DNA from: Theionarchaea archaeon
GTDB lineage: Archaea > Methanobacteriota_B > Thermococci > Methanofastidiosales > SZ-28-30
Direction: 5' to 3'
Length of the DNA stretch: 64,000 nucleotides
NCBI GenBank assembly: GCA_018992685.1
Contig: JACVGT010000021.1
Span: forward strand, 32,001 to 96,000
Shown: one piece after another, positions 1 to 9,504 of the stretch
How the letters are laid out: each line of letters starts with the position of its first letter
Position numbering within the stretch: the first letter of the stretch is position 1
Notes under the pieces: model-generated
The model's database searches: none
What the model saw: only the letters and a program-made list of their open reading frames with translations
Told to the model about the DNA's origin: nothing
Program-made: the position numbers and the translations under genes

Positions 1-687
1 GCGCCATTGGTAGTCTACTGTCATGGGGGACCTAATTTCGCAACACTGAACATATGGGACCCCGAGTTGCAGGCACTTGTCAAGGCGGGTTACCACGTGT
101 TTGCTCCTAACTTCAGAGGTAGCACAACCTTTGGTTCTGCTTTCAAGAACCACAATACTGGGGACATTGGAGGAGGAGACATCAAAGATGTGTCATATGG
201 TGCGAAATATGCATGTAAGGTGCTTGGAGTTGAAGGCAAGCCTGCCATTGCTGGTGGAAGTTATGGTGGATATTTAACCTTGCAGGCTCTGACCACTCAG
301 CCTGAGGAATGGGCTGGCGGAGTGGCTCTTATCCCTTTGCTCGATCTTCTGGGAACTTACGAGATGGTCGATGCCCACTACAGAGCGTTGTTGGTCTATT
401 TACTGGGGGGAACTCCAGAAGAGAAAAGAGATCTTTACAGAGAACGATCCCCAATTACGCATATAGAAAACCTGAAAAGTCCCGTTCTGATACTGGCTGG
501 TGAAAATGACTCCCGCTGCCCTCTAGAACTCATCCAGAGATTCCATGAAAGGGCAACCCAGTTGCACCTGCCCGTGGAGCTAGAGATCATGAAAGAAGAA
601 GGCCACGTGGGATTCCATCTTTCCAGTCTTATCAGAACATCGGTGTTTCAGCTTGAATTCCTCAAGACCCTGTTCTTTCATGACTGA
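1..687 (+). CDS. S9 family prolyl oligopeptidase / acylaminoacyl peptidase (5'-truncated by window edge)
   Basis: HGGP, nucleophile GGSYGG, Asp in ENDSRC and His in EGH; frame open from base 1. Confidence 0.9.
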   Translation, partial: APLVVYCHGGPNFATLNIWDPELQALVKAGYHVFAPNFRGSTTFGSAFKNHNTGDIGGGDIKDVSYGAKYACKVLGVEGKPAIAGGSYGGYLTLQALTTQPEEWAGGVALIPLLDLLGTYEMVDAHYRALLVYLLGGTPEEKRDLYRERSPITHIENLKSPVLILAGENDSRCPLELIQRFHERATQLHLPVELEIMKEEGHVGFHLSSLIRTSVFQLEFLKTLFFHD

Positions 688-739
688 ATGTACGTCAGTT
701 GACGGTAGGTGGCCCCGGCACTTATAGCAGCCGGGCGTC

Positions 740-1414
740 TCACCTATCTCTCTGCACCGTCACTGTTAAGACCCCGATTCCCTCTATGCCTGCCTCAACA
801 ACATCTCCATCTACCATGGGACCAATGCCTTCAGGAGTCCCCGTGGCCACAACGTCCATGGGTTCCAGGGTCATGATGTTAGAAATGTGAGAGATCAGCT
901 CATTCACAGAGAAGAGCATGTCCCGTGTAGTGCCATGTTGCCTGTAGATACCATTTACTTTCAACCAGATATCCAGATCACGTGGATCGATTTCCTCTTT
1001 GGATACAATATTCGGTCCAATCGGGGCAAATGTGTCAAACCCTTTTGAAATTGCCCAGGAAAGTCCTTTTTTCTTTGCTTCAGCCTGTAGATCGCGTGCC
1101 GTTACGTCGATGAACACGGTATATCCCAGAATAAATCTAAGAGCTTCAGGGGCAGATACCTTTCTGCAGCGGTCCTTCATGACCACTGCCAGTTCTACCT
1201 CATGGTCCACCCGCTGGGATGCAGCAGGCAGTACCACAACACCAGTATCACCTATCAAGGAAGAAGGAGGTTTCAGGAAGAAAGTAGGAATCTCGGGCAC
1301 AGCTGATCCCATCTCCTGCGCATGAGCTCTGTAGTTCCTGCCAACAGCCACAATCTTTGTAGGAACAAGATCTACCCAGGTGTTCTCGAACTTGAGTATC
1401 AAGAACCTCACCAC
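740..1414 (-). CDS. Fumarylacetoacetate hydrolase family protein
   Basis: KIVAVGRNY, FLKP, HEVELAVV, DVTARD, KGFDTF and TGTPEG motifs. Confidence 0.92.
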   Translation of the reverse strand: MVRFLILKFENTWVDLVPTKIVAVGRNYRAHAQEMGSAVPEIPTFFLKPPSSLIGDTGVVVLPAASQRVDHEVELAVVMKDRCRKVSAPEALRFILGYTVFIDVTARDLQAEAKKKGLSWAISKGFDTFAPIGPNIVSKEEIDPRDLDIWLKVNGIYRQHGTTRDMLFSVNELISHISNIMTLEPMDVVATGTPEGIGPMVDGDVVEAGIEGIGVLTVTVQRDR

Positions 1415-1512
1415 ATAGATTTAGCCCTCTGATTATAAAAGTACTCTCCCTGTCATGTCCTCTACGGCTGCCCCTTACCTGAACCAGCAGCCACATGGCC
1501 TGTGGCAGGTGC

Positions 1513-2241
1513 CTACTCTTTCTCTATGACGACACAGTAGGTGCCCTGTTTCGCTTCGATGAATCGGTTAATTGCCCAGCCGGTACCTGAAACAATATCC
1601 TGCATCTCGTCTTTTGAGACTATCAAATAGTCAAACCATGGCGTGACATATTTCTTGTAGTGTACTCGTAATCTCATCTGTCCCGCCATTCTGCCTCTTT
1701 TTCTGTTAAACTCGTGGTACTCCAAGTGTTCGGGGACATCAGTCTGGTACGGGTCTCGACTTTCAGCGAGTATTCGTGCTGTGTCACTGGTCATGGTGGA
1801 AAACTTCCTTAAGTACGCCTTAGCCTGCTCATAGCCCTGCAGGAGTCCGAAATTATTCCCAAACATAATAATGGTGTTGAATACACCTAATTCCGGTCCA
1901 ATTTCAGCGATAGACCTCACCTCTGCTTCTTTCAGTCCTCGCAACTTGCAGGTCCTGATGGCCAGCGGCGAAATATCGATGGCCACCACATCATGTCCAT
2001 GTTCTTGTAAGTACAGCGAGTGTCTTCCCGCCCCACATCCAATGTCCAAGACACGTCCTTCAGCATGGGTTATAACCTTTTTCTCACGATCGCTCCAGTT
2101 CTTATATTCGGAGAAATATAGATCGGGTCCTGAAGATACGTCAAAGTAGCCGTCATCCCGTTCTGTGATCTCATATCCGCCCTGCCCATTGAAGTGGTCG
2201 AACATGGCATGTCCATATGCATCTTCAGAGTCTTTCAACAT
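1513..2241 (-). CDS. Class I SAM-dependent methyltransferase
   Basis: VLDIGCGAG motif I and AIDIS motif II. Confidence 0.88.
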   Translation of the reverse strand: MLKDSEDAYGHAMFDHFNGQGGYEITERDDGYFDVSSGPDLYFSEYKNWSDREKKVITHAEGRVLDIGCGAGRHSLYLQEHGHDVVAIDISPLAIRTCKLRGLKEAEVRSIAEIGPELGVFNTIIMFGNNFGLLQGYEQAKAYLRKFSTMTSDTARILAESRDPYQTDVPEHLEYHEFNRKRGRMAGQMRLRVHYKKYVTPWFDYLIVSKDEMQDIVSGTGWAINRFIEAKQGTYCVVIEKE

Positions 2242-2586
2242 GGTATCCCCCTCTGTAAATCCTTCATGTCACGTCTGGCGTTCAGCTTCCTACGAGTTGA
2301 TCTCTCTTGGAGGTTTCTCTGCTTTTCTCCTCCTGATTCAGTACCTTCCTTGCCTTTCCTGTGAGTGGCAGAAGAATCTCGGATTGCTACACTGGACAAC
2401 TCTTTCCTGTTCTGGATGAGAATTTCACACTTCAGCATACAACATCTTGTCATATCAGCTCTTAAGTGTTTTGAAGAGATCCCATCCACATTATCCTTCT
2501 CTCAGGGCGGCGAATACGCTTCCAGCAGGTGATTCACGACAAGAAGTCTACAAAATGCTTATGAATGACGGAGTGAAAAAGGGGGT

Positions 2587-3267
2587 ATGAACCTCGGCGT
2601 TCTGTTCTCTGGTGGTAAAGACTCCACTCTTGCTCTGTTCAAGGCACAGCAGACTGACACTGTGGTATGCCTCATCTCTCTGCTGTCCAGCAATGAGGAG
2701 AGCTACATGTTTCACACACCAAATATTGATATTACCCGATTGCAGGCAGAAGCTGTGGGATTGCCACTCATTCAGGAGACAACTGAGGGAGTGAAAGAAA
2801 AGGAATTGATTGACCTGGAGAGAGCCATAGAAAAGGCCAAGTCCGTGTACAATATTGAGGGCGTGGTAACGGGAGCTGTTGAATCTGTATATCAGGCCGA
2901 AAGAATACAGAAAATATGCCACGGATTGCAGGTGTGGTGTTTTAATCCCCTGTGGCTGAAGAGCCAAGAAGCCCTCCTCCGTGAAATTGTTGAGGATGGG
3001 TTTCACGCAATCATCTCTGGAATTTTTGCGTATCCTTTAAGCGAGGAGTGGCTGGGCAGGTCGCTGGACGAACCCGTCATCAACACATTGATACAACTGC
3101 AGAAAACCCACGGGATTAGTCCCTCCGGCGAGGGGGGAGAGATTGAGACCACTGTCCTGGACGCCCCTTTCTTTAAGAAGAGAATCGCAGTTACAGATTC
3201 CGAGATAGTGTGCGACAAGTATTCAGGAGTCTACATCATACAGAAGGCTGATCTGGTGAAAAAATGA
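2587..3267 (+). CDS. dph6: Diphthine--ammonia ligase family (Dph6/MJ0570-like) PP-loop ATPase
   Basis: SGGKDS PP-loop, SYMFH and GEGGEIET motifs; could be a paralog of the true Dph6. Confidence 0.82.
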   Translation: MNLGVLFSGGKDSTLALFKAQQTDTVVCLISLLSSNEESYMFHTPNIDITRLQAEAVGLPLIQETTEGVKEKELIDLERAIEKAKSVYNIEGVVTGAVESVYQAERIQKICHGLQVWCFNPLWLKSQEALLREIVEDGFHAIISGIFAYPLSEEWLGRSLDEPVINTLIQLQKTHGISPSGEGGEIETTVLDAPFFKKRIAVTDSEIVCDKYSGVYIIQKADLVKK

Positions 3268-3812
3268 TCTTGATCATGGATTTGAACCAGACGAGCCTGG
3301 GGTCTTGTGAATTCTGCCTCCCTTTGTACAGTATTGTCAGTGAGATAGAAGAATGTGTAATCCAGCACCACACCACAGCACAATCCTTCTCACCCTACAG
3401 CAAGATCATTCTGTCCGGCACTCCCTTGATGGACACTGAATACCTGGACCATGTTGATAACTTCCACTGGTTGGAGACCTGCAATATTCCTGTCCTGGGT
3501 ATCTGTGCCGGCATGCAGGTTATGGGGCTTGCCTTTGGTTCTGACCTGATACCCTGTCTGGAAATCGGGATGACACAGATCACTCCTCTGAAAGAGAATG
3601 CATTGGTTTCCCGCTCTTTTTCTGCCTACTCACTTCACAGGTATGGGATCTGTCCCAGCAGTGATTTCGATGTCCTGGCCAGGTCAGACCTCTGTGTCCA
3701 GGCAATAAAACACATACACCTCGACCTGTATGGGGTGCTGTTCCACCCTGAAGCGAGGAATAAAGAAGTGATCCAGACGTTTGTCCGTGAAGGGAGTACC
3801 TGTAGCAGGTAG
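3264..3812 (+). CDS. Class I glutamine amidotransferase (stand-alone)
   Basis: IILSG, LGICAGMQ (catalytic Cys) and FHPE (His-Glu); ATGA overlap with the dph6-family gene. Confidence 0.88.
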   Translation: MILIMDLNQTSLGSCEFCLPLYSIVSEIEECVIQHHTTAQSFSPYSKIILSGTPLMDTEYLDHVDNFHWLETCNIPVLGICAGMQVMGLAFGSDLIPCLEIGMTQITPLKENALVSRSFSAYSLHRYGICPSSDFDVLARSDLCVQAIKHIHLDLYGVLFHPEARNKEVIQTFVREGSTCSR

Positions 3813-3908
3813 GGGAGAATTGATCTTTTCTGCACGCTACTGTCGATATAACGTGTCTCTGTGAAGCTCAAAGGAAAGATTTTTGTGCTGGTCATTCCAG
3901 ATATCTGT

Positions 3909-6473
3909 ATGTATGTCTGGCTGGGGACTATCATTCTCTTAATTGCACTTGAAATTGCGTATTTCCGAGCGGGCAGGAGAAATAAGGTAATTGATCAATT
4001 CGAAAGTGACATACGAATCCTCCTTCTGATTGTCGTCATTGTGGGCTCCTACATTCTATTCCTCAGTATTTCCCTCTATCATATCACAAGTTTCATTGGC
4101 TCTGGCGAACTGAAATATCTGGCGTGCTCTCTCTACTTTCTATCTCCTCCTCTCCTTGGAGTCCTCCTGTATCTTTTCTTACCTCAGATATATGGGAGAT
4201 CAATCGTGTCGAAGGATGTGCCCGCCCCGGATGTACCACCAACCGACACTGTCCCCACCTTGAGCAGGCTCTTGGGCCTTGAGACTATCCCTCACATCAA
4301 GAAATGCTCATCCACGAGCTCTCCCGCAATGTATGGAAGAAATGCAAGAGGTTCAGTCCTCATACTTGGCGACATGCACTTCCTCACTGAAGAAGAGCAG
4401 AAAGCAGTTATTGTCCATGAACTCTCCCACATAAACCAGGGGGATATTGGGTTCTACACCTGGCTCACCCTGCTCTTGAAAGCATTTTCCTTCTGGATGC
4501 TCCTGTACCCTGCAGCAGTTTATTTCAGATACAGAGTTCCTCCCCTTTTCGCCATTGAGACCTCAGGGTTCGTTGTGTTCATCCCTGTTTTGTTCGTGCT
4601 GCTTTTTCTCCTGAAGAATTCCCTTTTCAGAATCAGAGAATCAATAGCAGATGCGTATGCAGTTCTCCACGGGATGGGGGATCCTCTGGAAAGAGCATTG
4701 ATAAAGTATTCAACTCTGGAAACGTCGAAGAAGAGGGGCTTCAGTCTACACTTTTACAGTGGAGTCACCTCAAGCAGTGTGATGGCAGGCCACCCCCCTC
4801 TCCTCAATCGACTTCACAACATCAAAGCCCGAACTTACCTCACCGAGGCGAGCACCAATTTATCCACTGAAGCCGCCCTGTGGACAGGCATTGCTGCTGC
4901 ATTCTTCTATCACTGCATGGTTCGAAGCTTCATATATATCCATACAGGTGTTGTGGACTCTCTTCCTTCTGATACACTATCACACATGATGTGGCTTGTC
5001 CTCTTCTTGTCGATAGTCAATGTGGTGGGAGCTTCATACGCGGTTCCTGCTTCTAAGGCTTCGATGCTCTTCATGGATCTGGGACACGGGGACTTTGTTG
5101 TACCACTCCTGAGAAACATGGGGATCACCCTGGCAGCTGCTGTGGTTACCGGCTATGTTCTCTCCCTATCCACGCAGTTCACCAGCCAGATCATATCCGG
5201 AGTGGTGGGTGGATTCCTATTTTGGGTCTTGGGATTTGTAGGAGCCCGAAGAACAGATTTCAGTCATGGGGATACATATCTGGTGCTTGCTCCACTATCA
5301 CAGGCACTCATCTTCTGGTACCCGCTGAAGAAGATATATTCTCTTGCAGGGATGCAGCTGGACGCACAGTTTTACTTTTCATTGCTGGCAATACTCGTCC
5401 TGTCTTTAACAGTGGTGCTTATCCTCACCGTGAAGGGTATGCTTCTCATGGAAAGGAATGACAGAATCCTCATGCTCTTTAAGAAGACAAAGGAATTCCC
5501 TGGAACAAATGATCTCATCTTCATCATACTGGTGGTACTCACCCTGTTAGTTCCTGGAGTGGTGGCCTTCGGAACATATATGATTTCCTTTCTTGTGGAT
5601 GGATTGAATATTTTCCCCTTCAGAAATATACCCATGTACAGTATTATCGCAGTTCTTGGGATTTATGGACTCAAGAATGCAGACATACTGTTCTTCAGCA
5701 AGCTGGCTTTCCTTGTAGATATCCTGTCTGGAAAAGGCATCGATGACACTGACCGGAGGTTCATTGGCCACGTAATTGAGAAGTATCAATCACCAGACGG
5801 TGGATTTGACTATGCTGGAATTGGATTCTCCAATCAAAAAGATACTTACTACTTTGCCAGGACGGCTGAAATCTTGAACCTCCCATTGGACATCCGGAAG
5901 ATAGAGAGGTGGATAAAATCCACGGAAACGCATACGGGAGGAGTCGCACTATTTGCCGGGGGTAATCCGAGGATAGAGGGGTTGTACTACGCTCTGTTAA
6001 CATCAAACGTCCTCCATCCGGATGAATCCCTGGAAAAGGAAATGCACAAGAAATGGGTAATCTCCCATTTCAACGGCCATTGTTTCGATTTTGAGTATGA
6101 TACAGCTCCACGGTTCCTCCAGACATGCTGGGGTGCACAAGTCTTGTACTTGCTCGGTGGTACAACGGAAATTGATACGAATGGCCTGGCACAATGGATT
6201 ATTGCTCAGTTCAATAGAAATTCCACTCCTCGAGAAGCTTTTTTTGCTGCATGTACCCTCAAAAGCCTGAAGGCGTCACGAGACCCAGCGCAGCAGTGGC
6301 TCTCAGCCAATACCAGCGTTCTGCACACTCGCGTCGACAAGAACTTGGAGGATATCTACTACTACATTAAGGTGATGAGAGCAGGTGGTGAGGCTCCCCC
6401 TCCCTTGGTATTGGAGCAGGCATTGCGGGACCTTGTGAAAACAAGGAAAGAGTATTCTAATTCTGGGTCATGA
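3909..6473 (+). CDS. Multi-TM M48 (HtpX/Ste24-like) metalloprotease with C-terminal prenyltransferase/squalene-cyclase-like repeats
   Basis: HELSH, RESIADAYA and HPPLLNRL M48 motifs; many hydrophobic helices; repeats such as QSPDGGF..SNQKDTYY and GG..F..PRIEGLYYA; start may be 3861 (GTG) or 3909 (ATG). Confidence 0.75.
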   Translation: MYVWLGTIILLIALEIAYFRAGRRNKVIDQFESDIRILLLIVVIVGSYILFLSISLYHITSFIGSGELKYLACSLYFLSPPLLGVLLYLFLPQIYGRSIVSKDVPAPDVPPTDTVPTLSRLLGLETIPHIKKCSSTSSPAMYGRNARGSVLILGDMHFLTEEEQKAVIVHELSHINQGDIGFYTWLTLLLKAFSFWMLLYPAAVYFRYRVPPLFAIETSGFVVFIPVLFVLLFLLKNSLFRIRESIADAYAVLHGMGDPLERALIKYSTLETSKKRGFSLHFYSGVTSSSVMAGHPPLLNRLHNIKARTYLTEASTNLSTEAALWTGIAAAFFYHCMVRSFIYIHTGVVDSLPSDTLSHMMWLVLFLSIVNVVGASYAVPASKASMLFMDLGHGDFVVPLLRNMGITLAAAVVTGYVLSLSTQFTSQIISGVVGGFLFWVLGFVGARRTDFSHGDTYLVLAPLSQALIFWYPLKKIYSLAGMQLDAQFYFSLLAILVLSLTVVLILTVKGMLLMERNDRILMLFKKTKEFPGTNDLIFIILVVLTLLVPGVVAFGTYMISFLVDGLNIFPFRNIPMYSIIAVLGIYGLKNADILFFSKLAFLVDILSGKGIDDTDRRFIGHVIEKYQSPDGGFDYAGIGFSNQKDTYYFARTAEILNLPLDIRKIERWIKSTETHTGGVALFAGGNPRIEGLYYALLTSNVLHPDESLEKEMHKKWVISHFNGHCFDFEYDTAPRFLQTCWGAQVLYLLGGTTEIDTNGLAQWIIAQFNRNSTPREAFFAACTLKSLKASRDPAQQWLSANTSVLHTRVDKNLEDIYYYIKVMRAGGEAPPPLVLEQALRDLVKTRKEYSNSGS

Positions 6474-6568
6474 TGCAGGAGCAATCCAAGGGATCGAGAA
6501 TGAATCAGTGAAAGCCTCCAAGAAAGGCAAGGTGACAAACCTTATAAGCCGGTTAGCAAAGCTACTGC

Positions 6569-7639
6569 ATGCGGCAGAACAGAACCATCCGCCTGATTGT
6601 CCTTGTCCTTTCCATCTACTGTTTCTTGCTGAGCATTGATATCATGGGCGGAGCATTCAAGCTGCTCGGGGAAGGATTTTCCCTCAAACTCATTCAGATG
6701 ACCTCCAGTCCCTACGTTGGGCTTGTAGTGGGTATCTTATCCACGTCTGTTGTCCAGAGCTCCTCTGCCACCACTTCTGTGGTAGTATGTCTCGTGGGAG
6801 GAGGGAGTCTAACCATTTCGAACGCAATTCCCATAGTCATGGGGGCCAACGTTGGAACAACTGTTACCAATATCTTCGTTTCCTTTGGCCATGTCAGTCG
6901 GAAAGAAGAATTCAAGAGAGCCTTTGCTGGGGCGACGGTCCATGATTTTTTCAATTTATGCGCCCTACTGGTGTTGTTTCCTCTTGAAGTGAAATTTCAC
7001 TTCATTGAGAAGATGGCTTCCTTTATGGCAGAAGCGTTCAGCGACATGGGTGGACTGACTGTTGTCAGCCCGCTAAAACTGATCATTGCTCCCGCCAGTT
7101 CCAGGATTCTTCATATTCTGGGTCCCAAGATCGGCATTATTGCTGCGCTTATCCTCCTGTTTGCAGCCCTCAGGTACATTGTATCAAGCATGCGATTTTT
7201 CACCCTTGATCGATTCCAGGTGCTCCTGGACAGATTCTTATTCAAAAATGATGCTTCCAGCTTTGTCGTGGGGACTGTCACCACAGCAATTGTGCAGAGC
7301 AGTTCAGTGACCACATCCCTCATTGTCCCACTTCTGGGCTCTGGGTTGCTTACCCTGGAACAGGTCTATCCCTACACGCTGGGGGCCAATGTGGGCACCA
7401 CAGTGACCGCAATTCTCGCTTCATTGGTTACCAACCAGGTAGCTGGGGTGACGATAGCTTTCTCCCATCTCTTGTTTAATGTGTTCGGGATTACTCTGTT
7501 CTATCCTCTGAGAAGATTTCCCATCTTTTGCGCCCGATGGCTGGCTGGGTTAGCTGCAGAAAAAAAGATAGTTGCAATTCTCTTTGTGGTGATTACCTTT
7601 TATGTAATTCCTATTCTCTTGGTGTTCCTCAGTCCTTAG
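6569..7639 (+). CDS. Na+/phosphate cotransporter (NptA/SLC34 family)
   Basis: Two QSSS(A/V)TTS and GANVGTTVT repeats. Confidence 0.93.
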   Translation: MRQNRTIRLIVLVLSIYCFLLSIDIMGGAFKLLGEGFSLKLIQMTSSPYVGLVVGILSTSVVQSSSATTSVVVCLVGGGSLTISNAIPIVMGANVGTTVTNIFVSFGHVSRKEEFKRAFAGATVHDFFNLCALLVLFPLEVKFHFIEKMASFMAEAFSDMGGLTVVSPLKLIIAPASSRILHILGPKIGIIAALILLFAALRYIVSSMRFFTLDRFQVLLDRFLFKNDASSFVVGTVTTAIVQSSSVTTSLIVPLLGSGLLTLEQVYPYTLGANVGTTVTAILASLVTNQVAGVTIAFSHLLFNVFGITLFYPLRRFPIFCARWLAGLAAEKKIVAILFVVITFYVIPILLVFLSP

Positions 7640-8306
7640 AGGCTGCTTTTTTCTTGTCGAACCCGATCCTATCAAATGGCTGCACCACGGTGGAGGCGAT
7701 ATTCTGCAGGTGGGCAGAAATTCTCCTGAGATACTCAGTGAGCAGTGCATAGACAATGGCTGTCTTGACGTCTACTGATTCCTCGCCATTCAATTTCCTC
7801 ACGACCTCTGTATGGAGTTGCTTCGTCTCCACGTGCATGGTCATCACGACTTGGGCCTTTTCCGCATCAGATTCTTCCAGTGCCCGGAGAGTGAGATCAA
7901 ACATGGAACTGATATTCTCGTGCATTTTTGAAAAGATGTCGAAATAGGGGGAAGGGTTCAGTGAGGTGGGATACATCAGCCCCAGCTGAGCGATGTTCTT
8001 GCAATAATCTCCGATACGCTCATAATCCACCGCAATGGCCAGCAGTACGAGAGAGGTTGAGATATCGGGAGCTGAGTTAATGGCCAGATACTGCAAGATC
8101 TCCCTGCGAACTTCCTTTACAGACGTATTTATCACTCGATCTTCTCTGCTAATGTCTTTCGCAATCTCATCTTTGTTTTCCACCAGGCATTTCACTGAAA
8201 GATCGTACATGCTCCTGGCCTGATTGTGCATTCGTTCAACTGCATTGAGGGCAGACTTGAGGATAGAACCCTTGAAAACTGCGTCGAAAAGCTCCTTGAA
8301 CATCAT
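7629..8306 (-). CDS. phoU: PhoU-domain phosphate uptake regulator
   Basis: DYERIGDYCKNIA and LRRISAHLQNIA PhoU repeats; convergent with the Na/Pi transporter. Confidence 0.85.
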   Translation of the reverse strand: MMFKELFDAVFKGSILKSALNAVERMHNQARSMYDLSVKCLVENKDEIAKDISREDRVINTSVKEVRREILQYLAINSAPDISTSLVLLAIAVDYERIGDYCKNIAQLGLMYPTSLNPSPYFDIFSKMHENISSMFDLTLRALEESDAEKAQVVMTMHVETKQLHTEVVRKLNGEESVDVKTAIVYALLTEYLRRISAHLQNIASTVVQPFDRIGFDKKKAASKD

Positions 8307-8722
8307 GCTAGTAACTACCCACAATAGCTTAAAAGACTTTGTGAGCCTCAGGCCTCTCTGGGATGTCCCTGGCGAAGGAAGAATTGAAGAAGAGCCTCAC
8401 TATGATGGACTTCTTTTTGTATTTTATCCGGGATGGACTTCCCTGAGAACTCTGGCCAACAAAGCACTCAAGATCTTGAGGTGGAAAGAAAAAACCAGGC
8501 AAGAGAAACGACTTAGGAAGGAATTTTCACTGAATGAAACCTTCGTAATTGAGCATTAATGTTAATAACCTGATGATGAAATGAATATATCTTGGAAAAT
8601 TTCCTAGAAAGGTGGTATTTCTGTGATCTGAAGACACGTTTGACATTTCAAGTGGTATTCGATATGCAACACTCGCCATATACCAAGTTTGTTTTCGCGT
8701 AAATACGGAATGGATATTTTCA

Positions 8723-8738
8723 GCAAAGTATTTATATA
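8723..8738 (+). promoter_or_regulatory. BRE/TATA box of the island operon
   Basis: gcaaagtaTTTATATA about 30 nt upstream of ATG 8767. Confidence 0.55.
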
Positions 8739-8766
8739 CAGCTTTCTAAGAGAGGCAGGGAATCCA

Positions 8767-9504
8767 ATGAACACATACATCGTGTCCTTGTTGAGCAGAA
8801 ATGGAAAGAAGGCTGTCGAATCGCTCAATTCCAATCTCAATTCAAAAGATCTGTTTTCTAAGATGCCTTCCACCATGAGCTTCGACGTAAAGTTCGATGC
8901 GGATGATGGCTACATTTTTGTTCTATCGGATGAGAAAGTGCCACTTAGCTTTTTCTACCTGAAAGAAGAACGATTCTACGACTTGAATACAGTGAATATA
9001 TTAAATTTAGATAGAATGAACTTTATGCTGAGTTTCGTAAAGGGAATTGGAATTTTGAGGCGTGGTGATCCCCTCAAGTACATTTCATCAGAAATAAATC
9101 CATTAATTGGTAGCTCTCTATTCAACGATCCAAGTATTCTTGAAATAAGGCAATTCAGCGACAAGGAGATGCAGTGGCAAACCTGGAAAGGAGATTTGGT
9201 GAGCATTACTCTCGAATTGCCCGATGCCAAGGTTATCTCAGTAAGAGGAAGAGAAATAGAATCAAAAATAGAGGAATTAGAGCTTTATCCGAATAATAAC
9301 AACAAGATAGCAGAAATCAGGATCCATAATGCGGATTTCAATAGATATATCACGATAAGAAGAAACGGAAAAATGAGGATTGCGCTATGGCCAGGTGAAA
9401 TCAAAATGGAAGATCTGAACGAAAAAACGTTATTCTCTCGATTCTCGAAAAGAATGATTAATCTTTATGAATACGTGCAACAGGCTGTGGGTGAGGAGCT
9501 GTGA
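8767..9504 (+). CDS. Hypothetical protein (island operon gene 1)
   Basis: 245-aa ORF after a TATA box; GTGA overlap with next gene; no recognisable motif. Confidence 0.75.
   Translation: MNTYIVSLLSRNGKKAVESLNSNLNSKDLFSKMPSTMSFDVKFDADDGYIFVLSDEKVPLSFFYLKEERFYDLNTVNILNLDRMNFMLSFVKGIGILRRGDPLKYISSEINPLIGSSLFNDPSILEIRQFSDKEMQWQTWKGDLVSITLELPDAKVISVRGREIESKIEELELYPNNNNKIAEIRIHNADFNRYITIRRNGKMRIALWPGEIKMEDLNEKTLFSRFSKRMINLYEYVQQAVGEEL

Noticed and set aside
8330-8600. Possible attachment-site duplicate of the tRNA-Thr 3' end, and ORF 8224-8559
   Set aside because: No convincing copy of the tRNA end and no integrase; the ORF overlaps phoU and has no recognisable motif
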